DNA from: Methanoregula sp.
GTDB taxonomy: Archaea; Halobacteriota; Methanomicrobia; Methanomicrobiales; Methanospirillaceae
Reading direction: 5' to 3'
Assembly (NCBI GenBank): GCA_039698055.1
Contig: JBDKTL010000025.1
Coordinates: 1-38,644 of the forward strand
Length of the DNA: 38,644 bases
Below the pieces are notes generated by a model. It worked only from the letters and a program-made list of their open reading frames with translations, was not told where the DNA came from and ran no database searches. The translations under genes and the position numbers were made by a program. Each line of letters opens with the position of its first letter. Within the stretch, counting starts at the first letter, position 1. Positions 8,481 to 17,199 of this stretch are shown in pieces.

Positions 8481-9074
8481 ATGGACAAACCTGATCACCT
8501 TTCCGAGATAGAACAGATCCTCGGTTATCATTTTTTTGAACGGGAGCACCTGATTCGGGCGCTCACCCACCGGGCATATGCCAACGAACAGATCCAGCAG
8601 AACACTGTCTGCATGGATCAGGAAGCCGACAGCACGCTGGGGGATGCGGTTTTAAAAACCGGGTTAATCCTGTTTCTCATGGAAAAGGGTTTCCAGACAA
8701 AAGGGGAGATTACCCGGACTAAAGAGCAGCTGGAAGATAACGTAAGCTTAGCAAAGGTCGGCAGGCGGTTAAAGATCAAAAAGTTCATTCGGCTGGGCCG
8801 GGGCGAAAAAGACCTGTGGCGGACCGGTGAAGAAACCATTCTTGCAGATACGGTTGAAGCCCTGATCGGCGCTATTTTTCTTGACAGCGATGCAGGCTTT
8901 GGTGTGGTGAAACAGATTATCGGCGAATGGTTTGAACCCGAACTGCGCCGGGTAAAAAAAGAGAAACCGGTCGAAAAAAAGGTGGCCCCGGCGGTCAGTC
9001 ATCCGAAGGTTTCTTCCAGACATGGATCACCCATGCCAAAGAAACGCCCGTGGCAACGATCGTTGAACCGATAA
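8481..9074 (+). CDS. Ribonuclease III catalytic-domain protein lacking a dsRBD
   Basis: LGY.F....L..ALTH..Y, TLGDAVL and LADTVEALIGAIFLD motifs, with a basic low-complexity tail. ATG 8481 follows GGGTGA. Confidence 0.8.
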   Translation: MDKPDHLSEIEQILGYHFFEREHLIRALTHRAYANEQIQQNTVCMDQEADSTLGDAVLKTGLILFLMEKGFQTKGEITRTKEQLEDNVSLAKVGRRLKIKKFIRLGRGEKDLWRTGEETILADTVEALIGAIFLDSDAGFGVVKQIIGEWFEPELRRVKKEKPVEKKVAPAVSHPKVSSRHGSPMPKKRPWQRSLNR

Positions 9075-10071
9075 GCAGTGGTACATACCACCACTGTGCC
9101 CCCATCTCACCTTTCATAACCCCGCTCCCCGCAATCGTTGCAATGGTGTTGGGTACAAGGAACGCGGTACCCAGCACGGTCAGGTAAGCAGTAACGAGGG
9201 CAAACCGGTTATTCAGGCTCTGGAGCTGGTTATTGTAAATGCTTTGCATCACTTCAAGCCCGGAGGAGAGTACATTGGACATCTGTTCGGTGAGTTCGAT
9301 ATGGCGGTCGATGTTATTTGAAAGGATACCGATTCGTCCCAGCAGTTTTTCATCGTTGGTGACAAGATCGGCATCCCCATATTGCAGCGAATCGATTACG
9401 TCTTTACTTGCCCAGAGCACGTTGAGGTAATCGATCAGTACGTGTTTCATCTGGTAGATCTTATGGGCGATCTTTTTCTTTGCCACGTTCTCTTCTATCA
9501 GTGACTTGCTGATCGCGTCGCCCCGCATCTCGATCTCCCGCAGGTACTCGAAATTACGATCATTGTTCTCATCGATGATCCGCTCCAGCATCAGCGTGAT
9601 CTTGTCGCAGGTATTTTCAGCAGTGATGCGCTTAAAAAACGGCTGGGCATACCGGGAGAACCGCAGCAGCCGGCTGATGTCCTGGGTGTGCATCGTGAGG
9701 ATGAAGTTGTCGCGAATCAAGACAAAAAGCGGGTTGATGCTCATATTCTCCTGCTTGAGTGTTACGGATGGAAGCATGATCCCAAGTTCGGTGTCGTAAT
9801 CCTCGTACGCGGAATAGAACCCGGTGCTGAGTTTGGGGATCGGAATTTTAGAAAACCCGGCGATCTGGGCGACCTGCTCGATCTCTTTTTCATTATTCTG
9901 CGTACTGTAATCAATCCATGCGATGCTTGCGTCAGGGAGTGCAGATAGATATTCTTCTATGGGGCGGTCCACCAGCCGTTCAATCCTGCCATCTTTATAG
10001 AGTATGATACAGAAATTCAGGGGAGCCGGTCCAATTACCTGAGGGACTTGTGGGGTGATCTGCATTTTCAT
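8995..10071 (-). CDS. CorA-family divalent cation transporter (divergent)
   Basis: WIDY, YEDY, ILTMH, long funnel helices, NNQL..LN and two C-terminal TM helices. The GMN motif is absent. Confidence 0.8.
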   Translation of the reverse strand: MKMQITPQVPQVIGPAPLNFCIILYKDGRIERLVDRPIEEYLSALPDASIAWIDYSTQNNEKEIEQVAQIAGFSKIPIPKLSTGFYSAYEDYDTELGIMLPSVTLKQENMSINPLFVLIRDNFILTMHTQDISRLLRFSRYAQPFFKRITAENTCDKITLMLERIIDENNDRNFEYLREIEMRGDAISKSLIEENVAKKKIAHKIYQMKHVLIDYLNVLWASKDVIDSLQYGDADLVTNDEKLLGRIGILSNNIDRHIELTEQMSNVLSSGLEVMQSIYNNQLQSLNNRFALVTAYLTVLGTAFLVPNTIATIAGSGVMKGEMGAQWWYVPLLIGSTIVATGVSLAWVIHVWKKPSDD

Positions 10072-10159
10072 GGTGACGCCTCGTAAAAAGAAAGACTTCT
10101 CGCTCCTTCTGGTACGTGAGCTATTGATGCAGGGAGTGTATATAGGTTTTATAATTTTA

Positions 10160-10479
10160 GGTGATTATGTAACATCCACCAAAAGCTCGATAAACCGAAA
10201 CAAAATTTACATTGCCGCTCTTGGGGGCTCCGGCAAGCCTCCGCCCCCGCCGCTCGGGCATCCCCCGGTTGCGATAGTGCCGTATTACCTGTACCTGTGA
10301 GTGCCCCTGATACAGGTAATGTCGAGGCATCGAAATTCGCCCTGTCCCCCTCGGGGGCTTTGCGGCGCAAGAGGGGGGGCTGCATTTTTTGTGTTCTCCG
10401 GAGCGCAGATCTTAAAAAAAATAATCCTGAATTGGGTTAATACTAACCAAGGGTTAGTGGTGGACTTTACCTAATCACC
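10160..10479. mobile_element. 320-bp non-autonomous MITE with IS1595-type terminal inverted repeats
   Basis: Left end GGTGATTATGTAACATCCACCA versus reverse complement of right end GGTGATTAGGTAAAGTCCACCA. Right end is 26/28 identical to the IS end at 226-253. Flanks TAATTTTA and TTTTTTTA resemble a decayed 8-bp target duplication. Confidence 0.8.
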
Positions 10480-10661
10480 TTTTTTTATAAAACTGGCAAG
10501 CCGCAAATCATATCCTGTGTTTCCTGTGATCCTGTTTTTGCGGTTTTTTATTTTTTTGGTGATCATGATCCAGCGTTTATGTTCGATCGTTCTGACGGCC
10601 ATCGGGGCTCTTCTGTTATTTGTTCCCTCAAACCGATAGTACAAGAAGATGGTATATTATA

Positions 10662-10694
10662 GTAACCGGTTATCATATTGTAACCGGCTATCAT
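10662..10694 (+). promoter_or_regulatory. Candidate tandem palindromic operator of the hxlR-like genes
   Basis: GTAACCGGTTATCAT (10662-10676) and GTAACCGGCTATCAT (10680-10694) lie between TATATTATA (10653-10661) and the ATG at 10693. TAACCGGTTA is a perfect palindrome. Confidence 0.55.
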
Positions 10695-11036
10695 GTACCG
10701 AAACGGCGAAATTTGCACTTATCATTGTGAGATAGAGGCAGCCTTTGCCATTATGGGCGGCAAATGGAAAGCCCGGATAATCTGGCATATCGGGGAAGGA
10801 AAACCCCGGTTCAATGAGCTCAAAGAGATCCTCAAAATGTCAGCCCGCGAATGCTGGCAAAACAACTGCGGGAACTCGAACGGGACGGGCTGGTCATACG
10901 TACCCAGCACGCCGAGATCCCGCCCCGTGTGGAATATAACCTGACGAATGCAGGCATTGCACTCATCCCGATTCTTGAACATATCAGCACCTGGGTCACC
11001 GCATACTGTCCAGATGCCGCAAAGATGATTGAATAA
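10693..11036 (+). pseudogene. HxlR-family winged-helix regulator, frameshifted
   Basis: N-half (GGKWKARIIWHI..GKPRFNELK) is in ORF 10693 and C-half (MLAKQLRELERDGL...PPRVEY.LT) is in ORF 10851. One extra A in the run at 10834-10837 restores LKNVSPRML. Confidence 0.85.
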
Positions 11037-11057
11037 TTCTGCCTGGGGGAAATAACA

Positions 11058-11417
11058 ATGAAAAAACCAACCTGTACCTACCAGTGCCCGGTCGAAGCGG
11101 CTTTTGATTTTATCGGGGGAAAATGGAATGCCCTGATCGTCTGGCATATCGGGAATCATAACCGGCGGTATTCTGAGATCAAACAAAAACTGCCAAAGAT
11201 CAGTCCCCGGATTCTTTCCCGGCGGTTGAAGACCCTTGAGGATGACGGGATTATTGTCCGGACACAATACGAAGGAATCCCGCCCCGTGTTGAGTATAAT
11301 CTGACTGAAGCCGGTATTGCACTCCTTCCGATTCTTGACCTGAGCTGTGACTGGGCGATCCAACACTATCCCGAATACATCCCGCCGGGTTTTGTCAAAG
11401 TGCCGCTCGATGATTAA
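11058..11417 (+). CDS. HxlR-family winged-helix regulator
   Basis: CPVEAAFDFIGGKW, ISPRILSRRLKTLE and PPRVEYNLT. Intact tandem paralog. Confidence 0.92.
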   Translation: MKKPTCTYQCPVEAAFDFIGGKWNALIVWHIGNHNRRYSEIKQKLPKISPRILSRRLKTLEDDGIIVRTQYEGIPPRVEYNLTEAGIALLPILDLSCDWAIQHYPEYIPPGFVKVPLDD

Positions 11418-11477
11418 AAGAAATGACCGGCGATCCCCGGGAAAATTCGGAGAACGCAGCCGGTCGCGAGGCAATTG

Positions 11478-12035
11478 TTAATGCTCGATTGCGACATCGA
11501 AGAAGATACTTTTTCCCGAGGCTTTCAGGGGCATGCTGTATGCCATGCTGCATCCTTTGACGATGCCCAGTTTCATGGCGGCAACACCGGCAGAATACAT
11601 AACCCGGTTGTCCATGTTGTGGATGCTTGCGGTTTTTACCGCTGAGCCGACAGCGATACCGAGATCCGTTACCTTAAACACGCAGTTTGGGCCGGCATAA
11701 TCGGTTTTGTGCGACTTTGTACTTGCAGCTGCTTTTATCATCTCATTGCAGGTTGCATGCCCGCAGCCCCCGCAGTTCAGCCCAAGTGCCTTCTCCCCGC
11801 TTACGCCAACAAGGAAAAGGGCATCACTGACCTTGACCTGTTCGCCGTTTACCCGGAAAAAATCCATGTGCGTCTCTTCGGCGATCTGGATCATTTTCGC
11901 GGCAATTTTTTCCAGGTCCTTACCGGTGACAATTTCAATCGTAAGGGAATCTATCCCGACAGCTTTTGGTGCAGTCCGTGCCGCAAGGGCCATAAGCCCG
12001 GCAACGGTCTTCACGGCTTCTGTTTCAGCAGACAT
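11478..12035 (-). CDS. DUF2148 ferredoxin-domain-containing protein
   Basis: AARTAPKA.G.D, LNCGGCGHATC, GPNC....DLGIAVGSA, DNRVMYSAG, K.IFFD. Confidence 0.85.
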   Translation of the reverse strand: MSAETEAVKTVAGLMALAARTAPKAVGIDSLTIEIVTGKDLEKIAAKMIQIAEETHMDFFRVNGEQVKVSDALFLVGVSGEKALGLNCGGCGHATCNEMIKAAASTKSHKTDYAGPNCVFKVTDLGIAVGSAVKTASIHNMDNRVMYSAGVAAMKLGIVKGCSMAYSMPLKASGKSIFFDVAIEH

Positions 12036-12161
12036 ACCGGAATATTAAGGATTACCCAGTAAAAAACTGAAACGTAACAGAATTGTGATCATATATCGTA
12101 TTGGTTATCGAAATGAAATACCAGGGTTATGTTTATATTCCGGCATTCCCCTCTTGAAATC

Positions 12162-12755
12162 ATGAAACTCCGGTGGTTCCTCTGCGGGATGCTTCTTTTA
12201 TTCTTTGTCATGATGGGTGGTTGTACTGCACCATCGCCATCTGGTGCCACGACCGTTGTCACGCAGATTCCGGCTGCCGCAACGGGTGTCACCGGCAATA
12301 CCTTCTCGATCCAGGTAGATTCGATCATGACGGGACAGGCGCTCCCGGCTGCGTATACCTGTACGGGTGCCATGGAATCACCCGACCTGCGGTGGCAGGG
12401 TGTCCCAACTGGTGCAGAAAGCCTGGTACTGGTTGTCGACGATCCTGATGCGTCCGGTGGGACATTTACCCACTGGCTGGTCTATAATATTCCGCCGGGA
12501 TCCAGCGGGTTACCCCGGGCACAGTCTGCGTCAAAAGTTCTCGCAGACGGTTCCCAGCAGGGGGACTCAAGTACCGGTTCCCGTGGTTATTACCCGCCGT
12601 GCCCGCCCATCGGACAGGAGCACCGGTACATCTTCCGGCTGTACGCCCTTGACATGATGCTCTCTATGCCGACAACAGACCGAAACGGTATGGATGCGGC
12701 GATGAGCGGGCATGTCATCGCTGTTGCCGAAACCGGCACAACGTTCAGGAGATGA
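12162..12755 (+). CDS. YbhB/YbcL (PEBP, Raf kinase inhibitor-like) lipoprotein
   Basis: Signal peptide with GGC lipobox, DDPDA, FTHW, Y.PPCPP, HRY.FRLYALD. Start 12162 lies about 24 nt after TTTATA. Confidence 0.9.
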   Translation: MKLRWFLCGMLLLFFVMMGGCTAPSPSGATTVVTQIPAAATGVTGNTFSIQVDSIMTGQALPAAYTCTGAMESPDLRWQGVPTGAESLVLVVDDPDASGGTFTHWLVYNIPPGSSGLPRAQSASKVLADGSQQGDSSTGSRGYYPPCPPIGQEHRYIFRLYALDMMLSMPTTDRNGMDAAMSGHVIAVAETGTTFRR

Positions 12756-13980
12756 ACGTTGTTTTTTGTGCCGTGTCCCGTACCGACAGCGCGAATACGA
12801 TGGCGATCAGGATAGCAAGGACAAAACTTGCAAAGAAACCTGCAACGTAGCCGGCTGAGGTAATGATAATCCCGGTCACAAGAGGTCCCCCGGAATGCCC
12901 AATGTCCATGGTGGACGAGAGCGCTCCCATGGAGGCCCCGATCTGTTCTTTTTTTGCAATATCTGCGGTATAGGCACTGGTTGCTACCGTGGACAGCGAC
13001 ATCCCCAAGCCGAAAATGGAACTTACGGCAAGATATCCGGCAAATGATCCCATGATTGGAATGACCGCGACCGAAGCCCCGAGGATCAGGATGCCGGCAG
13101 CAATCTGGTACCGTTTATCGATACGGTCGGCAAGTTTCCCGAAGAACGGTTTGGTGAGGGCAATGATGAGGACCTGCACGGCAAAGATAATCCCGGTCTC
13201 GTACGCCCCGATGCCTTTTGAAGCGAGAAACACCGGCAGGAAAGTTTCAAACGCCCCGAATGAAAAATAGGTCGCCATATCGACAAGGGCGGTACCGCGA
13301 AGCCGCCGGTTTGAAAAAAACAGAACAAAACTTTCCTTGAAGACAGCAAACCCCGGCACATCGAGCGATCGTGACTGGTCTTCCCGGTAGAGCAGCGTCA
13401 TGAGAAAGACCGGTACTGCCGCAACTGCCGCAACGATATATACCATCTGGTATGGGATCAGCCCGGGGTACATAATAAAATACGATATGATGATACCGCC
13501 GATAAGCGGTGCAATCGTTCGCCCGATGAGCGTTGCGGAGGAATACTGGCCGAGCATCGCCCCTTTTGTTGCAGGGAATCGTTCGGCAATGACTGCAGAG
13601 ATGACCGGGCCGAGGATTGCTGTTGCCATGCCGTGAAAGAACCGGACCGGGATCAGCCAGACCGGGGCGGTGATGAGCAGGTACAGCAGGGGGGCACATA
13701 AAAAAATGATGCCGGATGCGACCAGAAGGCGTTTTCGCCCGAAATGATCGGAGAGCACACCGACCGGGAAGGAAAACAGGATGCCTGCAAGAGGGGAGAC
13801 GGCAGCGACAAGACCGATCACCGCATCATTCGCCCCGATTGCCTGTGAAAATAACGGGAGCACGGGATTTTTCGATATGGTTGTTGAGAAGATGGCAAAA
13901 AAACCGAGCAGGAAGAAGAAATAAACCTGCCTGCGGTCCGGGGCGAATTGTGGTACCTGCCGTGAAGTTCGTACGTTCAT
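12745..13980 (-). CDS. MFS transporter
   Basis: Twelve TM helices, motif A in both halves (GVLSDHFGRK and GKLADRIDKR). Confidence 0.92.
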   Translation of the reverse strand: MNVRTSRQVPQFAPDRRQVYFFFLLGFFAIFSTTISKNPVLPLFSQAIGANDAVIGLVAAVSPLAGILFSFPVGVLSDHFGRKRLLVASGIIFLCAPLLYLLITAPVWLIPVRFFHGMATAILGPVISAVIAERFPATKGAMLGQYSSATLIGRTIAPLIGGIIISYFIMYPGLIPYQMVYIVAAVAAVPVFLMTLLYREDQSRSLDVPGFAVFKESFVLFFSNRRLRGTALVDMATYFSFGAFETFLPVFLASKGIGAYETGIIFAVQVLIIALTKPFFGKLADRIDKRYQIAAGILILGASVAVIPIMGSFAGYLAVSSIFGLGMSLSTVATSAYTADIAKKEQIGASMGALSSTMDIGHSGGPLVTGIIITSAGYVAGFFASFVLAILIAIVFALSVRDTAQKTTFIS

Positions 13981-14083
13981 TCTTATGCCGGAAGTGTGCG
14001 TCGTTGAGCTATTTTAAGACTGACGGTTTAGGGAATAAAAAATATCGCTACATCTATTATCTGAAAGGAACAAAAATCATCGT

Positions 14084-14893
14084 ATGGCTAACATTATCTC
14101 CCATTCACGGGCGGCTATTGCCGTGTTCTTCCTTATCCTGATGGTCGTCCTCCCGGTATCGGGCATGTCAGTTCCGGTGGGAACCCCCGCTCCCACCGAT
14201 GCGGTCGCAACCGTATCTCCGGTAGTATCGGATACTGGTGCCGTTTCTGTCGCGACAACTACCCCGGCACCCACTGCGACAGCGACGATTACAGCAGCTG
14301 CAACAGGATCACAGCCGTTTATTTCTGCAATGGATACTCCAGCCAACCCTGTTATTGGTGATGCAATAACAATCAGCGGTACGGCTTCAGGTGGTAACCT
14401 GACGCAGGGAGTTCAGATCTGGATCTTTGCCGGTAATTATATCAACGTTATGACGGTACCGGTGAATGCACAAGGGCAATTCTCAAAAACATACCAGACT
14501 ATCGACCTCCCCCCGGCAACGTATTATTCCTTTGTCCAGAGCCCCGGCACCAACGGGAAGTTTGACATTGTGGAAACTGATGCAAACGGTTATGCCGGGC
14601 AGGTCATCAACACCGCGACAGGTGCCACAATCTTCAGCTTTACTGGTACTGGAAGTGTCCATGACCTGGCCGCCGTCACGGCCTTATCAGATGCATTTAA
14701 CCTGCCCAATGTCGATGATATCTACACAAAATTATCGTTCACGCTTGCTGCCCCGGGAACCAATGGGGCTGCGCTTGCGTCCAATCAGGGTACTCCTGTG
14801 CAGACAACAGCAAAATCGCCGGTATCCTTCCTGACCGTGCTTGCCGGGATTGGTGTGGCAGGTTTAGCTCTCGTGATGATGAGAAGGCAGTAA
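14084..14893 (+). CDS. Secreted cell-surface protein with Thr/Pro-rich linker and C-terminal anchor
   Basis: Signal peptide, TPAPT repeats, beta-rich core, C-terminal TAKSP + hydrophobic helix + RRQ. Confidence 0.8.
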   Translation: MANIISHSRAAIAVFFLILMVVLPVSGMSVPVGTPAPTDAVATVSPVVSDTGAVSVATTTPAPTATATITAAATGSQPFISAMDTPANPVIGDAITISGTASGGNLTQGVQIWIFAGNYINVMTVPVNAQGQFSKTYQTIDLPPATYYSFVQSPGTNGKFDIVETDANGYAGQVINTATGATIFSFTGTGSVHDLAAVTALSDAFNLPNVDDIYTKLSFTLAAPGTNGAALASNQGTPVQTTAKSPVSFLTVLAGIGVAGLALVMMRRQ

Positions 14894-15207
14894 TCTTTTT
14901 TGGAATTTTTTTATTCATGCATTTTTCACACGATTATGTGCACGAGCAGTGAGGATAGTTTTTTTATTTGCAACGCCCTCAACAACTGCGGTTGTCAGAT
15001 CCCATTATACCGCGCGTCGCTCTTTCAACCGCTCTTCCCGTTATCACCTGCAACTATCACGTGTCAATCCAGCCCCATTTCGCCACCGGGCTACCCCCTT
15101 TTTACGACTGTATATGGATTGATGGGACGAATTTGCAAAAAAGCAGGATCCCTTAAAAAATTATTCATATAAAAAAGAGGGAACCGGTACTGAACCGTAA
15201 AGCCGGC

Positions 15208-17130
15208 TCAAGGCCTTGGCTGCTGCTGTGTACCGCAATGGAATGTTCCAAACCCTTCCACCATTGCCCGGGCATTAATCCCGATCACGTTCCGGTCCGG
15301 GAATTGTGCCTGCAGGATCTTTATGGCCTCGCCATCGTGCGGGTCTTCAAAAACCGGAACAATCACAACATGGTTTGCGATAAAAAAATTGGTGTAACTT
15401 GCGGGATACCGCTGCTCTTCATCCGCTACTGGTGCCGGCATCGGCAGTTTTACTACCGTGAACGGGTTTCCTTCCTGGTCGGTTGCCCGGATCAGGATCT
15501 CGTAGTTCTCGTGCAGCGCCGCGTAATTTTCATCAGTGGGATTATCCTCATATGCACAGACAATTGTCGATGGCGAGGTAAATCGTGCGATATCATCGAT
15601 ATGGCCATCCGTATCGTCGCCGGCCACACCTTTGTTGAGCCAGATCACCTTGACCACACCGAGATATTCTTTGAGGATCTCTTCTAAATCGGATTTGGTA
15701 AGATTGGGGTTCCGGTTCGAATTGAGAAGACAGGACTGGCTGGTAAGGACGCATCCTTTACCGTTAACATCAATGGACCCGCCTTCGAGCACGATCCCTG
15801 CTGAAAAGACCGGCAGTTCAAGCCACCGGTTTATGAGGAACGGGATCTTCCCGTCCGCGATCTGGTCGTCGTATTTCCCGCCCCATGCATTGAAATCCCA
15901 GCGCACCATCGCGCTTTGTTGCAACGCACGGTTGACGACAAAAGTGGGGCCATAGTCGCGGATCCATACATCGCTATATTCGGTCGTTCTGACTGTGACC
16001 CGGTCCAGATTGACGCCGGCACTGCGAAGACGCGATCGCACCATCCGGTATACTCCCGGACTCGGAACGAAAAGTTCGATATGTTCCGATTCCGCGACCG
16101 CAGCGATAAACCAGATATATGCATCCTCGACATCGGAGAGATGAGGAAATGTAGTCTTGTTGTGCGGCCACGAAAGCCAGACCGCATCATGAGTTTCCCA
16201 TTCCGCCGGCATATAATATCCCCATTTTCGCGGCGTGTCGCCCTCTTTGGTTGAAGGAAATGAAGCATTTTCACCCCTCACTGGCGCACAGCAGGAGGAA
16301 TAACTGTCAGGTCTCCGGTTCCGGAAAAATCCCCACGACTCCCTGATGTCACTGTTCATGGACAGGTCGAGTTTTGCCGTTACGATCTCTTCGTCATCGC
16401 CGGCATGAGCAACCAGTTTTCCAAATGCATCGCAGACAAACGAGCCGCCAAAAAACCGGATCTTTCCTTCGACACCGACACGGTTGACTGCGGCGACATG
16501 CACACTGTTTGCGATCGCGTGGCTGCGCTGGATCAGCTCCCATGATTCCTGCCATTCCCCTTCGGCAGGCAGGACTTCGCCGGGCTGCCCGATTGCAGTC
16601 GGATAGACTATCAGGTCAGCACCTTCGAGGGCAACACACCGGGCGGCTTCGGGGAACCACTGGTCATAACAGGTCAGGACCGCAATACGTCCGTATCGGG
16701 TCGCGTGGACAGCGTACCGGTCACCGGGGTAAAAGTAGCACTTCTCGAAAAACCCCGGGTCCTGCGGGATATGCACTTTATGGTAGGGCTCGTGGAGATG
16801 GCCGTCCGCATCGATGACGACCGATGAATTATAGAACCGTCCGTCGGTTGACTTCTCGTAGAGTGGAACGATGATAACTATACCGTACTTTTTTGCCAGC
16901 TCCGCAAATGCCTGTGTGGACTCTCCTGGGACTGGTTCGGCAAGCATCCGTGCATCCGTTCCAATCTGCTGCGGGAAGTATTGCGTGCGGTAGAGCTCCG
17001 GCAGGCAGACGATTTGTGCACCGTTGTGCGCTGCCGTTTCGGCGCGGGCTAATGCCTTTTTGAGATTTTCCCCGGGATCGGCGTCCATTGTCATCTGGAC
17101 AAGCCCGATCGTAACGCTCGTGTGTTCCAT
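15208..17130 (-). CDS. Fused N-carbamoylputrescine amidase (nitrilase fold) and agmatine deiminase
   Basis: N-half has the LPELY, KVHIPQDPGFFEK and CYDQWFPE triad motifs (Glu-Lys-Cys). C-half has MPAEWE.H, WIRDYGP, EGGSIDVNG, DDTDGHID and FHCGTQQQP. Confidence 0.93.
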   Translation of the reverse strand: MEHTSVTIGLVQMTMDADPGENLKKALARAETAAHNGAQIVCLPELYRTQYFPQQIGTDARMLAEPVPGESTQAFAELAKKYGIVIIVPLYEKSTDGRFYNSSVVIDADGHLHEPYHKVHIPQDPGFFEKCYFYPGDRYAVHATRYGRIAVLTCYDQWFPEAARCVALEGADLIVYPTAIGQPGEVLPAEGEWQESWELIQRSHAIANSVHVAAVNRVGVEGKIRFFGGSFVCDAFGKLVAHAGDDEEIVTAKLDLSMNSDIRESWGFFRNRRPDSYSSCCAPVRGENASFPSTKEGDTPRKWGYYMPAEWETHDAVWLSWPHNKTTFPHLSDVEDAYIWFIAAVAESEHIELFVPSPGVYRMVRSRLRSAGVNLDRVTVRTTEYSDVWIRDYGPTFVVNRALQQSAMVRWDFNAWGGKYDDQIADGKIPFLINRWLELPVFSAGIVLEGGSIDVNGKGCVLTSQSCLLNSNRNPNLTKSDLEEILKEYLGVVKVIWLNKGVAGDDTDGHIDDIARFTSPSTIVCAYEDNPTDENYAALHENYEILIRATDQEGNPFTVVKLPMPAPVADEEQRYPASYTNFFIANHVVIVPVFEDPHDGEAIKILQAQFPDRNVIGINARAMVEGFGTFHCGTQQQPRP

Positions 17131-17199
17131 ACACTCTCTGCTTACGACATTATTGTTGAATGGATATCAGGGTATGCAAAAGTAAATGATTACCGTTTT

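Noticed and set aside
10828-10845. Programmed -1 ribosomal frameshift in the first hxlR
   Set aside because: CTC AAA ATG is not an X XXY YYZ slippery heptamer and I see no clear stimulatory structure. Mutation or sequencing error is more likely.
10722-11474. 250-aa minus-strand ORF with internal duplication
   Set aside because: It is the antisense shadow of the two tandem hxlR paralogs, and the duplication mirrors theirs.
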